Positions 1 to 8,477 of a stretch of 16,633 nucleotides of DNA are shown piece after piece. The stretch is from positions 1-16,633 of the forward strand of contig JADGIF010000158.1 in assembly GCA_018985225.1 (NCBI GenBank), given 5' to 3'. How positions within the stretch are numbered: the stretch's first letter is position 1; each line of letters begins with the position of its first letter. The position numbers were made by a program, and so were the translations under genes. This DNA is from Amoeboradix gromovi X-113 (Eukaryota; Fungi; Sanchytriomycota). The notes beneath the pieces are model-generated. The model did no database searches, was not told the origin of the DNA, and saw only the letters and a list, made by a program, of their open reading frames with translations.

Positions 1-140
1 AAGAGAATAGCTGTACAGAATATTTATTTTTGAAATTTCGATACAAATTGTCTAGTCTAGTTTTTACAGAGCATGTCAAGATGTTCTTTAATTCACCTTA
101 AGGAGAAATTTTGAAACCAAATCTTTTTCATTTTTCTAAA

Positions 141-467
141 ATGATGATGCCACAACAATCCAACGATGCAGAAAAACAAAAGCAGCAACAACAACAAGCT
201 GAGCAGATTCAGGCAGTAATCCGAAGAGTTTTAACCAGAGAGGCATATGAGAGATTAAATAATGTTAAGTTAGTTAAACCTGAGAAAGCTCAAATGATTG
301 AGCATTATATATTTCAAATGGCTTCTAAACAGCCTATAATGCTTGGGGAAAAAGATATACTGAATCTTTTAGAACAGCCAGAGTTTAACGAAACAGCTAA
401 AGTTATAATCAAAAGAAACGTTGAATCTGATGATGAATGGGCTGCACTTGAAGGCGATGAATATTGA
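141..467 (+). CDS. PDCD5: PDCD5 / Sdd2-like dsDNA-binding protein
   Basis: Q-rich N-terminus then 'IRRVLTREAYERLNNVKLVKPEKAQMIEHYIFQMA...EKDILNLLEQ...IKR..SDDE', the typical PDCD5 pattern. First ATG at 141 (the ORF track starts at TTG 111). Confidence 0.9.
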   Translation: MMMPQQSNDAEKQKQQQQQAEQIQAVIRRVLTREAYERLNNVKLVKPEKAQMIEHYIFQMASKQPIMLGEKDILNLLEQPEFNETAKVIIKRNVESDDEWAALEGDEY

Positions 468-489
468 ATATTATATTAAAATAAATTTC

Positions 490-750
490 TATTTATAACT
501 TTTCCTCTTTAAAATTCCTGATTTACTGGAAAAATCCTCACATAGAAGTTCAAAACCCCAGTCAAATTTTTACAGTACTTGTTCGCACTTCCACTACTCT
601 GAGACGGGATTGATCATTGGATAACTTGCTCAAAGTGCATGTTCTTTGTTTGTACCTGTACTTCATTTTAGACCAGTTTCTGAGTATACTATTTTATTCA
701 GTTGAAAAAGTCCATTGTAGCGATATGGCTTATGGAATCACTATATATTC
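490..750 (-). ncRNA. Unclassified structured RNA element, copy A
   Basis: Minus-strand motifs ATAAGCCA (733-726), CAGAAACTGGTCTAAAATGAA (682-662), CAAAGAACA (648-640), TAGTGGAAG (596-588) and a 3' hairpin TTTTCC..TAAATCAGGAATTTTA..GGAAAA are colinear with copies B-D. Nested stems CTGGTC/GACTGG, TACAGGTAC/GTACTGTA, TGCACT/AGTGCG. Ends approximate. Confidence 0.6.
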
Positions 751-806
751 AGCTGAATTTACAGCTGTTTTAATTTGGATTGTTTTGAAACTAGCCGCTA
801 CATAAG

Positions 807-2221
807 ATGGAGGAAGTCAAAAATGTTATGTCCAAGCTTGTTGATAAAACCCCTATTAACGATAAGTTACTATCAAGACCACCATTTAGATATTTATACG
901 ATATGATTATAGAATTGAATCAGAAGTTCAACTGTTTCCAATTACCATCAATAGATCCAGATATAGTAACAAAAGAACAGAAATTATCGTTTTTGCAGTC
1001 TGTTATTGAACAAGTTGGACCAGGTGTTAATGCTAAAGCGTCTAAAATAGTCGCAGGTCTGGAAGTCGAGAATACCTGGGAATTATTAATTTTGATTTCC
1101 AAAAAAATCAACGAAAAGGTTTTAATAGACAAGGAGCTTGAGAAGCAACAGAAAAAGCAGGAAAAATCAAAGATACCGGAAAAAAATGTTGAGAAATCAA
1201 GAACCTCTCTAGCAGGCCCAGTACAAGATAAACCTATGAAAAAGAGTGGCTCTAAAGAAAAAAAAGAAAGGATAGAACCAAAAGAGATGAAGAGTCCCTA
1301 TACTAAGACCGCGGAAAAACCAGAACCCTCCAAAAAACCAGTTTCGAAATCAAAAGAAGAAAGTAGACGAGAAACCCAGCCTCTGGGTGAGAAAAACCTT
1401 AAAGTAGGTCTCAAGTCATCGGCTCCAAAGGAAAAGCCAGCTACTTCTATAAAGAAAACGAGTAGTAAGGAGCTAAAATCTCCTGAACAACCAGTCGCAT
1501 CATCATCTCCAAAGAAAAAAAAGTTGAGCAAGAATGAAAGCGAAGAGAACTTACAGCATCCAATCACTCGTAAGAAGTCGGAGGAATTTTCAAAAACAAA
1601 TGTCTTACAAACTGTGATTAACGCTACAAACATTGCAGTTGAAAACAAAGCACAGAGCTTTATCGACTCATCAAAGTACAAACAAACTCATTTAGTGTTT
1701 CACCTGTGTCTATTTTAAAAGACGAGAACCAAGAGCATCCTGACTTAAACTACTTAATGGAAATGACAAGCAACAGGTCTACTAAAAAAGAAGACATGCC
1801 GACTGCTATTGTACAATCGAAGTTATTAAAATCTATTGCGAGTACAGGATATAAGAATGAGACCGATAATCTAAAATTCAGTCCAAAATCACTAACAGAA
1901 TCTACTATTCAGGATTTTATTCAAAGTATCAGCAAAAACATACATCCACTAAGCGATATAATAGAATATTTGCCCGAGAATGTGGAAGCCATGTCAAGAG
2001 AGAACCTGAGCTGGGATCCTCTCATTGAAAAATATAAAATGGAGTATCTCGATGAGAAACAGGAAACAATGAAGCTTACACGCTCATCAACAAGGGAACA
2101 AAATGAGCTGAACTTAAGAATCAGAAAGGCTAGAGAAATGGTCAAGGTAGCTTATTATAACCTACATCATACGGAAGACATCGAACAAAAAATTATGAAT
2201 TCTATAGTAAATCCAGATTAG
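807..2221 (+). CDS. TRAF3IP1: IFT54 / TRAF3IP1 (MIP-T3) intraflagellar transport protein; exons 807-1675 and 1696-2221
   Basis: N-terminal CH-like domain 'KLLSRPPFRYLYD...KIVAGLEVENT', K/E-rich linker and C-terminal coiled coil 'IQSISKNIHPLSDIIEYLPENVEAM'. The two ORFs join in frame by removing a 20-nt GT-AG intron. Confidence 0.92.
1676..1695 (+). other. 20-nt spliceosomal intron (GTACAAACAAACTCATTTAG)
   Basis: GT..AG with CTCAT branch-like motif; removal restores the IFT54 frame (S-N-V-S-P-V-S-I-L-K). Confidence 0.85.
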
Positions 2222-2248
2222 TGATAACTATTAAGGACAGCATTTATT

Positions 2249-2896
2249 TTATAAAATATTCTCATATCTTTCAATTCCTTCTGCTAGTTTTGCACAGCTT
2301 AGAGCCGCAGAAAGTGGAAACTCAGACATACTTAATTTATAATCAGAAATATCTAAGCCATCAACTAAGTAAACATCATCGCCATGTGGAATGGCACCTA
2401 CAATGAAGCAAATATTCATATCTTCTCCTTCTTTAATCTCTTTCTCTTTCAGCTCGTTGAGAAATTCATCCACACGATGAATCTGTCCTTTATCAGACAA
2501 AACAACGTACCTAGTATTTGCAGGCATATGTCTAGTAATTGGATTCTTAACAATTCGCAAAAGAGTGTCATTTTGGGTGCTTTTTATTGACATTTTTTGT
2601 AATAATTGACACATTAATCCACAAAAACGTTTAAAGGTTCTAGGCAGTCTGGTTTTTTCATTAAGCTCAATTAGTTGATGGTCTTGAGTACTGATGTATA
2701 CTCTAAGTAGATTGGAATGGTTCAAAGGACTGTCCAGTAGCTGCAAAACAGAATGATGTAAAATGTCAGGCCTGCACGTAGCCTTCATTTGTGCTGATTG
2801 ATGATCATCCCAATTAAGTAGTTCCACTTTGCTGTATTTTAACTTAGATTTAACCTTTAATTCCAAATGTGCAGAATGAAGTAGAACATAGTACAT
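2249..2896 (-). CDS. EMG1: EMG1/NEP1 18S rRNA pseudouridine N1-methyltransferase (SPOUT family)
   Basis: 'LLNWDDH', 'RPDILHHSVLQLLDSPLN', 'RLPRTFKRFCGLMCQLL', 'VGAIPHG', 'SEFPLSAA' motifs. An in-frame TAA directly precedes the ATG. Confidence 0.96.
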   Translation of the reverse strand: MYYVLLHSAHLELKVKSKLKYSKVELLNWDDHQSAQMKATCRPDILHHSVLQLLDSPLNHSNLLRVYISTQDHQLIELNEKTRLPRTFKRFCGLMCQLLQKMSIKSTQNDTLLRIVKNPITRHMPANTRYVVLSDKGQIHRVDEFLNELKEKEIKEGEDMNICFIVGAIPHGDDVYLVDGLDISDYKLSMSEFPLSAALSCAKLAEGIERYENIL

Positions 2897-2984
2897 TTAA
2901 AAACGAGTTTGATCCTTGCATATCCTCTTTCCTAATTAAAATTCTTAACTACATCCAATAGAATTTGAAGCAACTTTTAAACAT

Positions 2985-3456
2985 TTCACGAATACCATTA
3001 CTCGATTATGTAAACCATTGTGTAAATCGTTGCCCATTTTTGTGTCGCACTCTGATTATTTCTCGTTAAATTCTACTTTACGAGAAAACCAAGAATTTCT
3101 GAAAAGAAACTGACAAAGCCAGACTACGTTAAGCCGGTTGCCCACGCTTCCACTAAGCTGGGCATAAAATAAACCGAGGTGCATCGTAGCGTGTGTTCTT
3201 TGCTGCCATAAGTCGTTTCATTTTAAGACCAGTTCTGCCTTCTGGGAGTAGTGGATAGTGTTACGTATCTCATTTTGATATCTAAATATGTGGCTTATTC
3301 TGGTAATGACGACTTGAGATGTTTGCATTAGATGAGAAAAAAGATATCAAGTTTTTATAAAACTAGAAACTCTGTAAAGAGAGTGCAATTTGGCATTAAG
3401 AAAAACATAGCCGCGATAAATGGTTTATTTAATTAGAGCCAAGAGCTGTTCGTAAT
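2985..3456 (-). ncRNA. Unclassified structured RNA element, copy B (core about 3059-3298)
   Basis: Minus-strand ATAAGCCA (3298-3291), CAGAACTGGTCTTAAAATGAA (3237-3217), CAAAGAACA (3202-3194), TAGTGGAAG (3155-3147), GAAATTCTTGGTTTTCTCGTAAAGTAGAATTTAACGAGAAA (3099-3059). Enclosed by a long imperfect outer stem (GCACTCT/AGAGTGC, TAAACCATT/AATGGTTTA). Confidence 0.65.
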
Positions 3457-3624
3457 TTCACATTTTCTTACAAAAATCTAATCATGTGCATTCCTTTAAA
3501 GTAGTCGTCAGATTTAAAGCATATATTTTTCAAGGCTCAATTAAATTGTTTAACTACGACGGCGATTTTACTTTATTTCGCTGCTTGAAATCATCCTAGT
3601 TTCATTCTAACTTTGACATTTACA

Positions 3625-3987
3625 ATGGAAATTATTCGAAATCAGATCAGAAAAATCACCCAGAAGTCACTTTTCATTCCTGTCACTTATTATATAAGCA
3701 GTCCTCATCCTATTTCAAATTTACGATTTCTTACTTTTTGTCCTATGCGTGAATTGACTAAAAACGAAAAGGCATATTGTGATGAGTTATCCGCGCTGTA
3801 CGAATTCCATCATAAATTTTGGCTTCATCACCTGCGTTTCCTTGAAAATTTAAAGTATCCTAAAGAATCGCTAATAAACAAAGAATATTATATAGTAGCT
3901 TCATCGACACATTTACATATTTATTATAAGGAGTTCTGGATCAAAATGTCCAAAATAGTTTGGCTTCGAATAAAAGCGTTTTTTTAA
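3625..3987 (+). CDS. COA8: COA8/APOPT1-like cytochrome c oxidase assembly factor
   Basis: 'YISSPHPISNLR...FHHKFW...H..YYKEFW' resembles the APOPT1 pattern (WIGPPDxxSNLR...FW...HxxYNxEW). First ATG at 3625. Confidence 0.7.
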   Translation: MEIIRNQIRKITQKSLFIPVTYYISSPHPISNLRFLTFCPMRELTKNEKAYCDELSALYEFHHKFWLHHLRFLENLKYPKESLINKEYYIVASSTHLHIYYKEFWIKMSKIVWLRIKAFF

Positions 3988-4973
3988 TTTTTGAATTTCT
4001 TAGTTGGTCTTTCCTCTTGTCTAGACAATCTCCAATTTTTAGTTTGCGTATTTTGTGAGAAGTCAATCTTTATTCGGCGCTCATCTATTATGACATTGTT
4101 CATTTTAACATAAGCTTGCTCACATGCCTGCTTCGTGTTGAACTCCATAAAGCAATACCCTTTGGAAATACCCTGTTTGTCTCTTACGATTTTACACTGC
4201 AGAATCTCGCCAAATCTGCCAAACAACAGCTTTAGATCATCCTCTACAGTTATAGGATTCAGCTTGCAGATAAACAGATTGTTTTCAGCTGGCTTTAAGT
4301 TTGAAAATGGAATATCGCCTAAAATTTCCAAAGTTTTAGCCGACTTTTCAGCATTTTCTACTTCTTGCTCATCTTCGTCTAGAATTTCAATATCGTCGTA
4401 ACTAAATGTAATAGCCTTCTGAACATGTTCCGGAAGAGTTGGACTGCTTGGATAGGTTAAACTATCTTCATATGGGTCATCCAATATAACTGTGTGCAGG
4501 ATATAAACGCTAGTCATGGGAGAGCCATTTTTAGTTGGAATTTTGGCAATTTTGTCAACAACCTCTTGTCCCTCAGCAACGACTCCGAAAGGGACATGAG
4601 TGCCATCAAAGCTACAAGGATTATCTAAGCATATAAAAAACTGAGAGGTTATGTGCGCTTTTCGAAGTTTGGTATGTGGCGACGAGAAGCTGACTGTATA
4701 TCGATCATGTTTGACCTTGGGAACATTTACAGTCATGAATTTTTTATCTGATTCATCGTTGTAATACTCAAAACAGCAACCGCCGCTTCCATCGTTATTG
4801 GGATCTCCTGTTTGAATCCAATTCCTTTCAACGCTGTAGAAACTGTTGAAATGAAATTTTTTAAATTTGCAAAGCTTGATAAAATTAATCCCGGGTCTTG
4901 ACTTTTCGAGATCAGTAGAAAGGTACAAGTCTATAACAAAATTTCCAACGGTTGTTTCTATCAGCACACTCAT
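3984..4973 (-). CDS. PPIL4: PPIL4 cyclophilin-RRM protein
   Basis: Canonical start 'MSVLIETTVGNFVIDL', 'QTGDP', 'ILHTVILDDPYED' and RRM 'PAENNLFICKLNPIT...IIDERRIKIDFSQ'. True ATG is 4973, not the longer ORF start. Confidence 0.95.
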   Translation of the reverse strand: MSVLIETTVGNFVIDLYLSTDLEKSRPGINFIKLCKFKKFHFNSFYSVERNWIQTGDPNNDGSGGCCFEYYNDESDKKFMTVNVPKVKHDRYTVSFSSPHTKLRKAHITSQFFICLDNPCSFDGTHVPFGVVAEGQEVVDKIAKIPTKNGSPMTSVYILHTVILDDPYEDSLTYPSSPTLPEHVQKAITFSYDDIEILDEDEQEVENAEKSAKTLEILGDIPFSNLKPAENNLFICKLNPITVEDDLKLLFGRFGEILQCKIVRDKQGISKGYCFMEFNTKQACEQAYVKMNNVIIDERRIKIDFSQNTQTKNWRLSRQEERPTKKFKN

Positions 4974-5010
4974 CAGCAAACAAATTTGTTTAAAAGGAGA
5001 ACACACAAAA

Positions 5011-5712
5011 ATGTCATTGCATACAAAACCATTTCTTTTAAAAGCTGTTTTGAGAGACTTCGTCAGCAACGCTCCGAAAAAGATTTTAGAATTGCCTTCT
5101 CAGATATACGGTTTGCCAGCTAGAAGAGATATCCTTTGGTCGTGTATGGTTTGGCAACGTGATTTGCAGAGACAAGGTACTTCTTCTACAAAGGGCAGAG
5201 GGGAAGTAAAAGGTTCTACTCGTAAGATGAGACCGCAAAAGAAAACTGGTAAAGCTCGGGCTGGAAATAAGCGAGCCCCACATTGGAGAACAGGTGGAAT
5301 TGTACATGGACCCAAACCTAGAATCCATGCTACCAGACTACCCTTGAAAGTTAGAGAACTAGGTTTAAAGGTATTGATGTCTCAGAAATTAAAAAACGAC
5401 GAGCTGGTGTTCGTAGATGAGTTCTCCAAATTAAATGCGAGTAAGTTGACTGAATCATTGTCCTTGCATTACCCACCATTACACAAAGATGCTGTATTTT
5501 CTGCTTTAAAAACCGAAGGCAATTATGCTAGCACTTTGTTTTTAACTGGTGTTGAGTCTGGAAAGGCTGCTGAATTGCAAAAAATTAATATTCCAAACGT
5601 TAAAGTTCTTCATACTTCTTCAGTAAACATCCTCGATATGTTGGATCATCATTATCTTGTGATGGACTCACTCGCACGGGAGTTGCTAACAAAAAGGTTA
5701 CTAAGAGAATAA
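5011..5712 (+). CDS. MRPL4: Mitochondrial ribosomal protein uL4m
   Basis: 'RRDIL...WQRD..RQGTSSTKGRGEVKGSTRKMRPQKKTGKARAG..RAPHWRTGGIVHGPKPR'. First ATG at 5011. Confidence 0.95.
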   Translation: MSLHTKPFLLKAVLRDFVSNAPKKILELPSQIYGLPARRDILWSCMVWQRDLQRQGTSSTKGRGEVKGSTRKMRPQKKTGKARAGNKRAPHWRTGGIVHGPKPRIHATRLPLKVRELGLKVLMSQKLKNDELVFVDEFSKLNASKLTESLSLHYPPLHKDAVFSALKTEGNYASTLFLTGVESGKAAELQKINIPNVKVLHTSSVNILDMLDHHYLVMDSLARELLTKRLLRE

Positions 5713-5724
5713 AAATGATTTATT

Positions 5725-7686
5725 TTAATTTATTTTAGCCAAAGTTAAAAATGATTTACAATCCTTTGTCTGTGTGTAGGTTTTAAACATATCTGGTGTG
5801 ACCACCATTGTTCCTTTCTTTCTGTTTATCTGGTCCACATTAATCATCAATAATTCTTTCAATTGTTTCTTCTTTCTCTTTATTTCTGCTTTCGATACAC
5901 AATCGGTACTCTTTGCAACCTCAATGTCCAATGCTTCTTCATACTCTTGTTCTTCTTTGAGTTGCGCGTTTGATAGCCTTTTATCATGCTCTTCTTTTTC
6001 AATACATCTAGCCAACTCAAGCCTAATCCTTAAATGATCGCAAATACTTGGCTCCATTCTAATCATCTTGGATTGTTTAATTTCTAAGGTTTTCAACATT
6101 AAATTGAATTTTTTTAGTTCACTAGGTAAACATAGAGTAATTGCAATCCCAATTCTATCATATCTTGCTGTTCTTCCACTTCTATGCACATAGGTATCTC
6201 CATTTCTGGGTACGTCATAGTGTATGACACACTCAGTATCCACTATATCTAATCCACGCGCAGCTACGTCACTTGCAACGAGAATGCAATTTTTAGTGGA
6301 TGAGAATATTTCTAAAACAGAAATTCGTTGTGACATTTTCATATCACCGCGAATAGTTTTGACGGTTTTAGACGGGAATAGTAGCCTAAGCAAAGCGGAT
6401 AATCTACGAACGCCATCCAAAGAATTCATGAATATTGCGGTTTTACCAGTAAAGGTATGATGCAAGTAATAAACCGCCAAGTCCTTTTGAACCATTGTGG
6501 AACAGTCAATGTGGTGATGAGAGATCTTAGGATTCCTTTTAATGTTGATATTACACAGAAATGGTTTAAACGGAATGATTTCCAACAACTTTGCTTCATT
6601 GGACTCATTTGGTGTTGCTGAGGAGCAAGATATATAAAAGGATTCGCTCCAATTCTTGCTTGAAATTAGTTTGATTCTACGAAGACTAGTACCGATATGG
6701 TCAATGCCATCTAAACCACGCAGGTTTTCATACTCATCCAACGCAAGCCATCTGCAGTAATTGAACACTTTAAACAAGACTCGTGTATGAACAGGTTCCA
6801 TGGATTCAATCTTAGCAGTCAGATCATCAGTATCGTCAAGAACCATAAATGGTAATTGCGAAGCGAGGTCACCCAATCTCCCTGGAGATGCTACTACGAC
6901 AACTTTGAGAGATTCCGACGCATTTCTTAACAAGCGGTCTTGCTTCTCTTGTGACATTCCACCTTGCAACTTTATCACTTTCCACTCTTTGAATTGCATT
7001 GTGATTTCAGATAAGACATCGAAAATTTGATTAACAAGTTCTCTAGTAGGTGCCAAAATGACAGCCGATGAAAAAGATTGGATGTTGTTGAGACTATTAA
7101 TCAACGGAAGTAAAAATGCCAATGTTTTACCAGACCCGGTTTGAGCAGCTATCATAACTTGGCTCGGATGTCTTTTATTCTTACCGTACCATGAAAAAAC
7201 CTGCTTTTGTATATCAGCAGGTTTAAAATCCTGCATTGAAATCGGAAGCCTACAGCACCAGCCCGGGAAGTTATCGTTTACGACAAATCTATCAGATACA
7301 GAAACAGAATCTTTGGTAGAATTCGGGTCCTTTTCTGGTTCTTCTGCTATTAAAGTTTCGTCTTGAAAAGGATCATCACTAAAAATTCCACTATCCCTAA
7401 CATCAATTAAATTAGTTTCTAAAGCTTCATCGCCCTGTACAGATTTACCAATGTTATTATCGTGTGGTTCTACAGAGTCAGCTCCTTCAAATGGCTTCGT
7501 TTCTTCCTTTGAAGCTAACCCTGATACAACACTCAAATCCATAGGATCATAATCTTCTAATACTTCTACACTTAGTACACCCTCACAGCTAGCTCCAGTA
7601 TCCAGCGCTCTCCATTTTTGATTATTTAGTTTTCGCTTTTTGTTGATATTATTTTTAGTTGTGGAAATGCGAGATGACTGCTTCAT
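5725..7686 (-). CDS. DDX24: DEAD-box RNA helicase, DDX24/MAK5-like, with deviant motif II
   Basis: AQTGSGKT, PTREL, SPGRL, SAT, DVAARGLD, YVHRSGRTAR (typical of DDX24/Mak5); N-terminal 'W...LSVEVLEDY'. Confidence 0.85.
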   Translation of the reverse strand: MKQSSRISTTKNNINKKRKLNNQKWRALDTGASCEGVLSVEVLEDYDPMDLSVVSGLASKEETKPFEGADSVEPHDNNIGKSVQGDEALETNLIDVRDSGIFSDDPFQDETLIAEEPEKDPNSTKDSVSVSDRFVVNDNFPGWCCRLPISMQDFKPADIQKQVFSWYGKNKRHPSQVMIAAQTGSGKTLAFLLPLINSLNNIQSFSSAVILAPTRELVNQIFDVLSEITMQFKEWKVIKLQGGMSQEKQDRLLRNASESLKVVVVASPGRLGDLASQLPFMVLDDTDDLTAKIESMEPVHTRVLFKVFNYCRWLALDEYENLRGLDGIDHIGTSLRRIKLISSKNWSESFYISCSSATPNESNEAKLLEIIPFKPFLCNINIKRNPKISHHHIDCSTMVQKDLAVYYLHHTFTGKTAIFMNSLDGVRRLSALLRLLFPSKTVKTIRGDMKMSQRISVLEIFSSTKNCILVASDVAARGLDIVDTECVIHYDVPRNGDTYVHRSGRTARYDRIGIAITLCLPSELKKFNLMLKTLEIKQSKMIRMEPSICDHLRIRLELARCIEKEEHDKRLSNAQLKEEQEYEEALDIEVAKSTDCVSKAEIKRKKKQLKELLMINVDQINRKKGTMVVTPDMFKTYTQTKDCKSFLTLAKIN

Positions 7687-7895
7687 GGAGAGTCCCTTCT
7701 AAATTCTAAGCAACAAATGGGACATGCTCTATGAAAGTAGATAAAAGGTCAGGTAAAAGCCTTTGAGGAAAGAAAAAGAGAATTGGGTAATTCAGTGTCC
7801 AACAACCCAGTAAAAGGTAGCCAAAATTACATCACAGATAACTTATGAGACCACTAAACTAACATTCAAATGATAGCCAGCGACAGCAAACTCAA

Positions 7896-8378
7896 CAACA
7901 GTTATAAATGCAGTAAAACATAGTTCCAATACGTTGCCATCTACCAAACAAGCAAAGAGAATGAACGTGATAAGAAAGTGATTAAACATAAACATAGCAG
8001 TTACTTCGACAACATGAAAGGTTATCTGGTATTGCAACCAAGAACTAGCGTAAGTACGGCAACAATGTTCATGACACATAATGTTTACCAAGTGACGACG
8101 AGGGCCCTTATTGACAGAGATATTAACAGCATGTAGTTTCACTAGTATAAACCACTTATTGCGGTTACTTGGCGTTTTACTTTCACTTAATTCTTTTTAC
8201 AGGATACTCTCAATGGCATAAAACTAGTTCATAAATAGAATCACAAGATGCCTTTCAACGCAAGGAAAGAGGTTTCTATACCATTTACAAGAAGCTCAAA
8301 AGTCGCATTGCTGCTATTCGGAAATTCATGATTTTCTTGGAAACCAGGACTTTCAACGAGGAGCGAGCTGTTGCTTAG
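7896..8378 (+). ncRNA. Unclassified structured RNA element, copy C (expanded)
   Basis: 3' block GAAATTCATGATTTTCTTGGAAACCAGGACTTTCAACGAG (8321-8360) matches copies B and D. AACATGAA (8011-8018) and CCAAGAAC (8038-8045) are motif variants. Stems ATAGCAGT/GCTGCTAT, CGAC/GTCG, TGGTAT/ATACCA, GCGT/ACGC, CAACAGTT/AGCTGTTG. Confidence 0.55.
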
Positions 8379-8477
8379 GTGATAAAATACGGAAAAGTTC
8401 AGCCCTTCATGATATTTGCCTTAAAGTCTCTCAAGTTCTTCAGCGCGTCTCTGTATACTTATGTTAACATGATTTAT

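Noticed and set aside
68-77. AGAGCATGTC shared with the region upstream of DDX24 (7730-7721)
   Set aside because: A single 10-mer match between spacers is plausible by chance and it is not seen upstream of other genes.
1-140. Possible fifth element copy on the minus strand (AAAATGAA..TAAAGAACA..TATCGAAATTT)
   Set aside because: Spacing is off, diagnostic stems and the 3' hairpin were not found, the sequence is AT-rich, and it is at the window edge.
599-635. TPP-riboswitch-like string CTGAGA..TTGATC..GGATAA
   Set aside because: P4/P5 pairing and the GCG motif are missing, it is absent from homologous copies, and covariation favours the opposite strand.
703-733. RNase P/MRP CR-I and CR-V look-alikes (GAAAAAGTCCAT / ATGGCTTAT)
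   Set aside because: The two motifs are adjacent rather than about 200 nt apart, CR-I is not conserved in copy B, and multiple diverged copies do not fit a P/MRP gene.
617-805. 62-aa ORF; likewise ORFs 7843-8142, 8379-8570, 15976-16194 and the ORFs antisense to or nested in genes
   Set aside because: Mostly non-ATG starts, no recognisable domains, and they overlap the structured elements or real genes.
2932-2952. 21-nt GT..AG candidate intron upstream of EMG1 (minus)
   Set aside because: Removal does not extend the EMG1 frame and the branch motif is imperfect; it could only be a UTR intron, which cannot be tested here.
3056-3328. Minus-strand ORF with one in-frame TGA (possible selenoprotein), and SECIS or hairpin-ribozyme readings of the element
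   Set aside because: No selenoprotein motif and the frame is not kept in other copies. The SECIS 3' GA quartet and the hairpin-ribozyme N^GUC and loop B sequences are not correctly placed.
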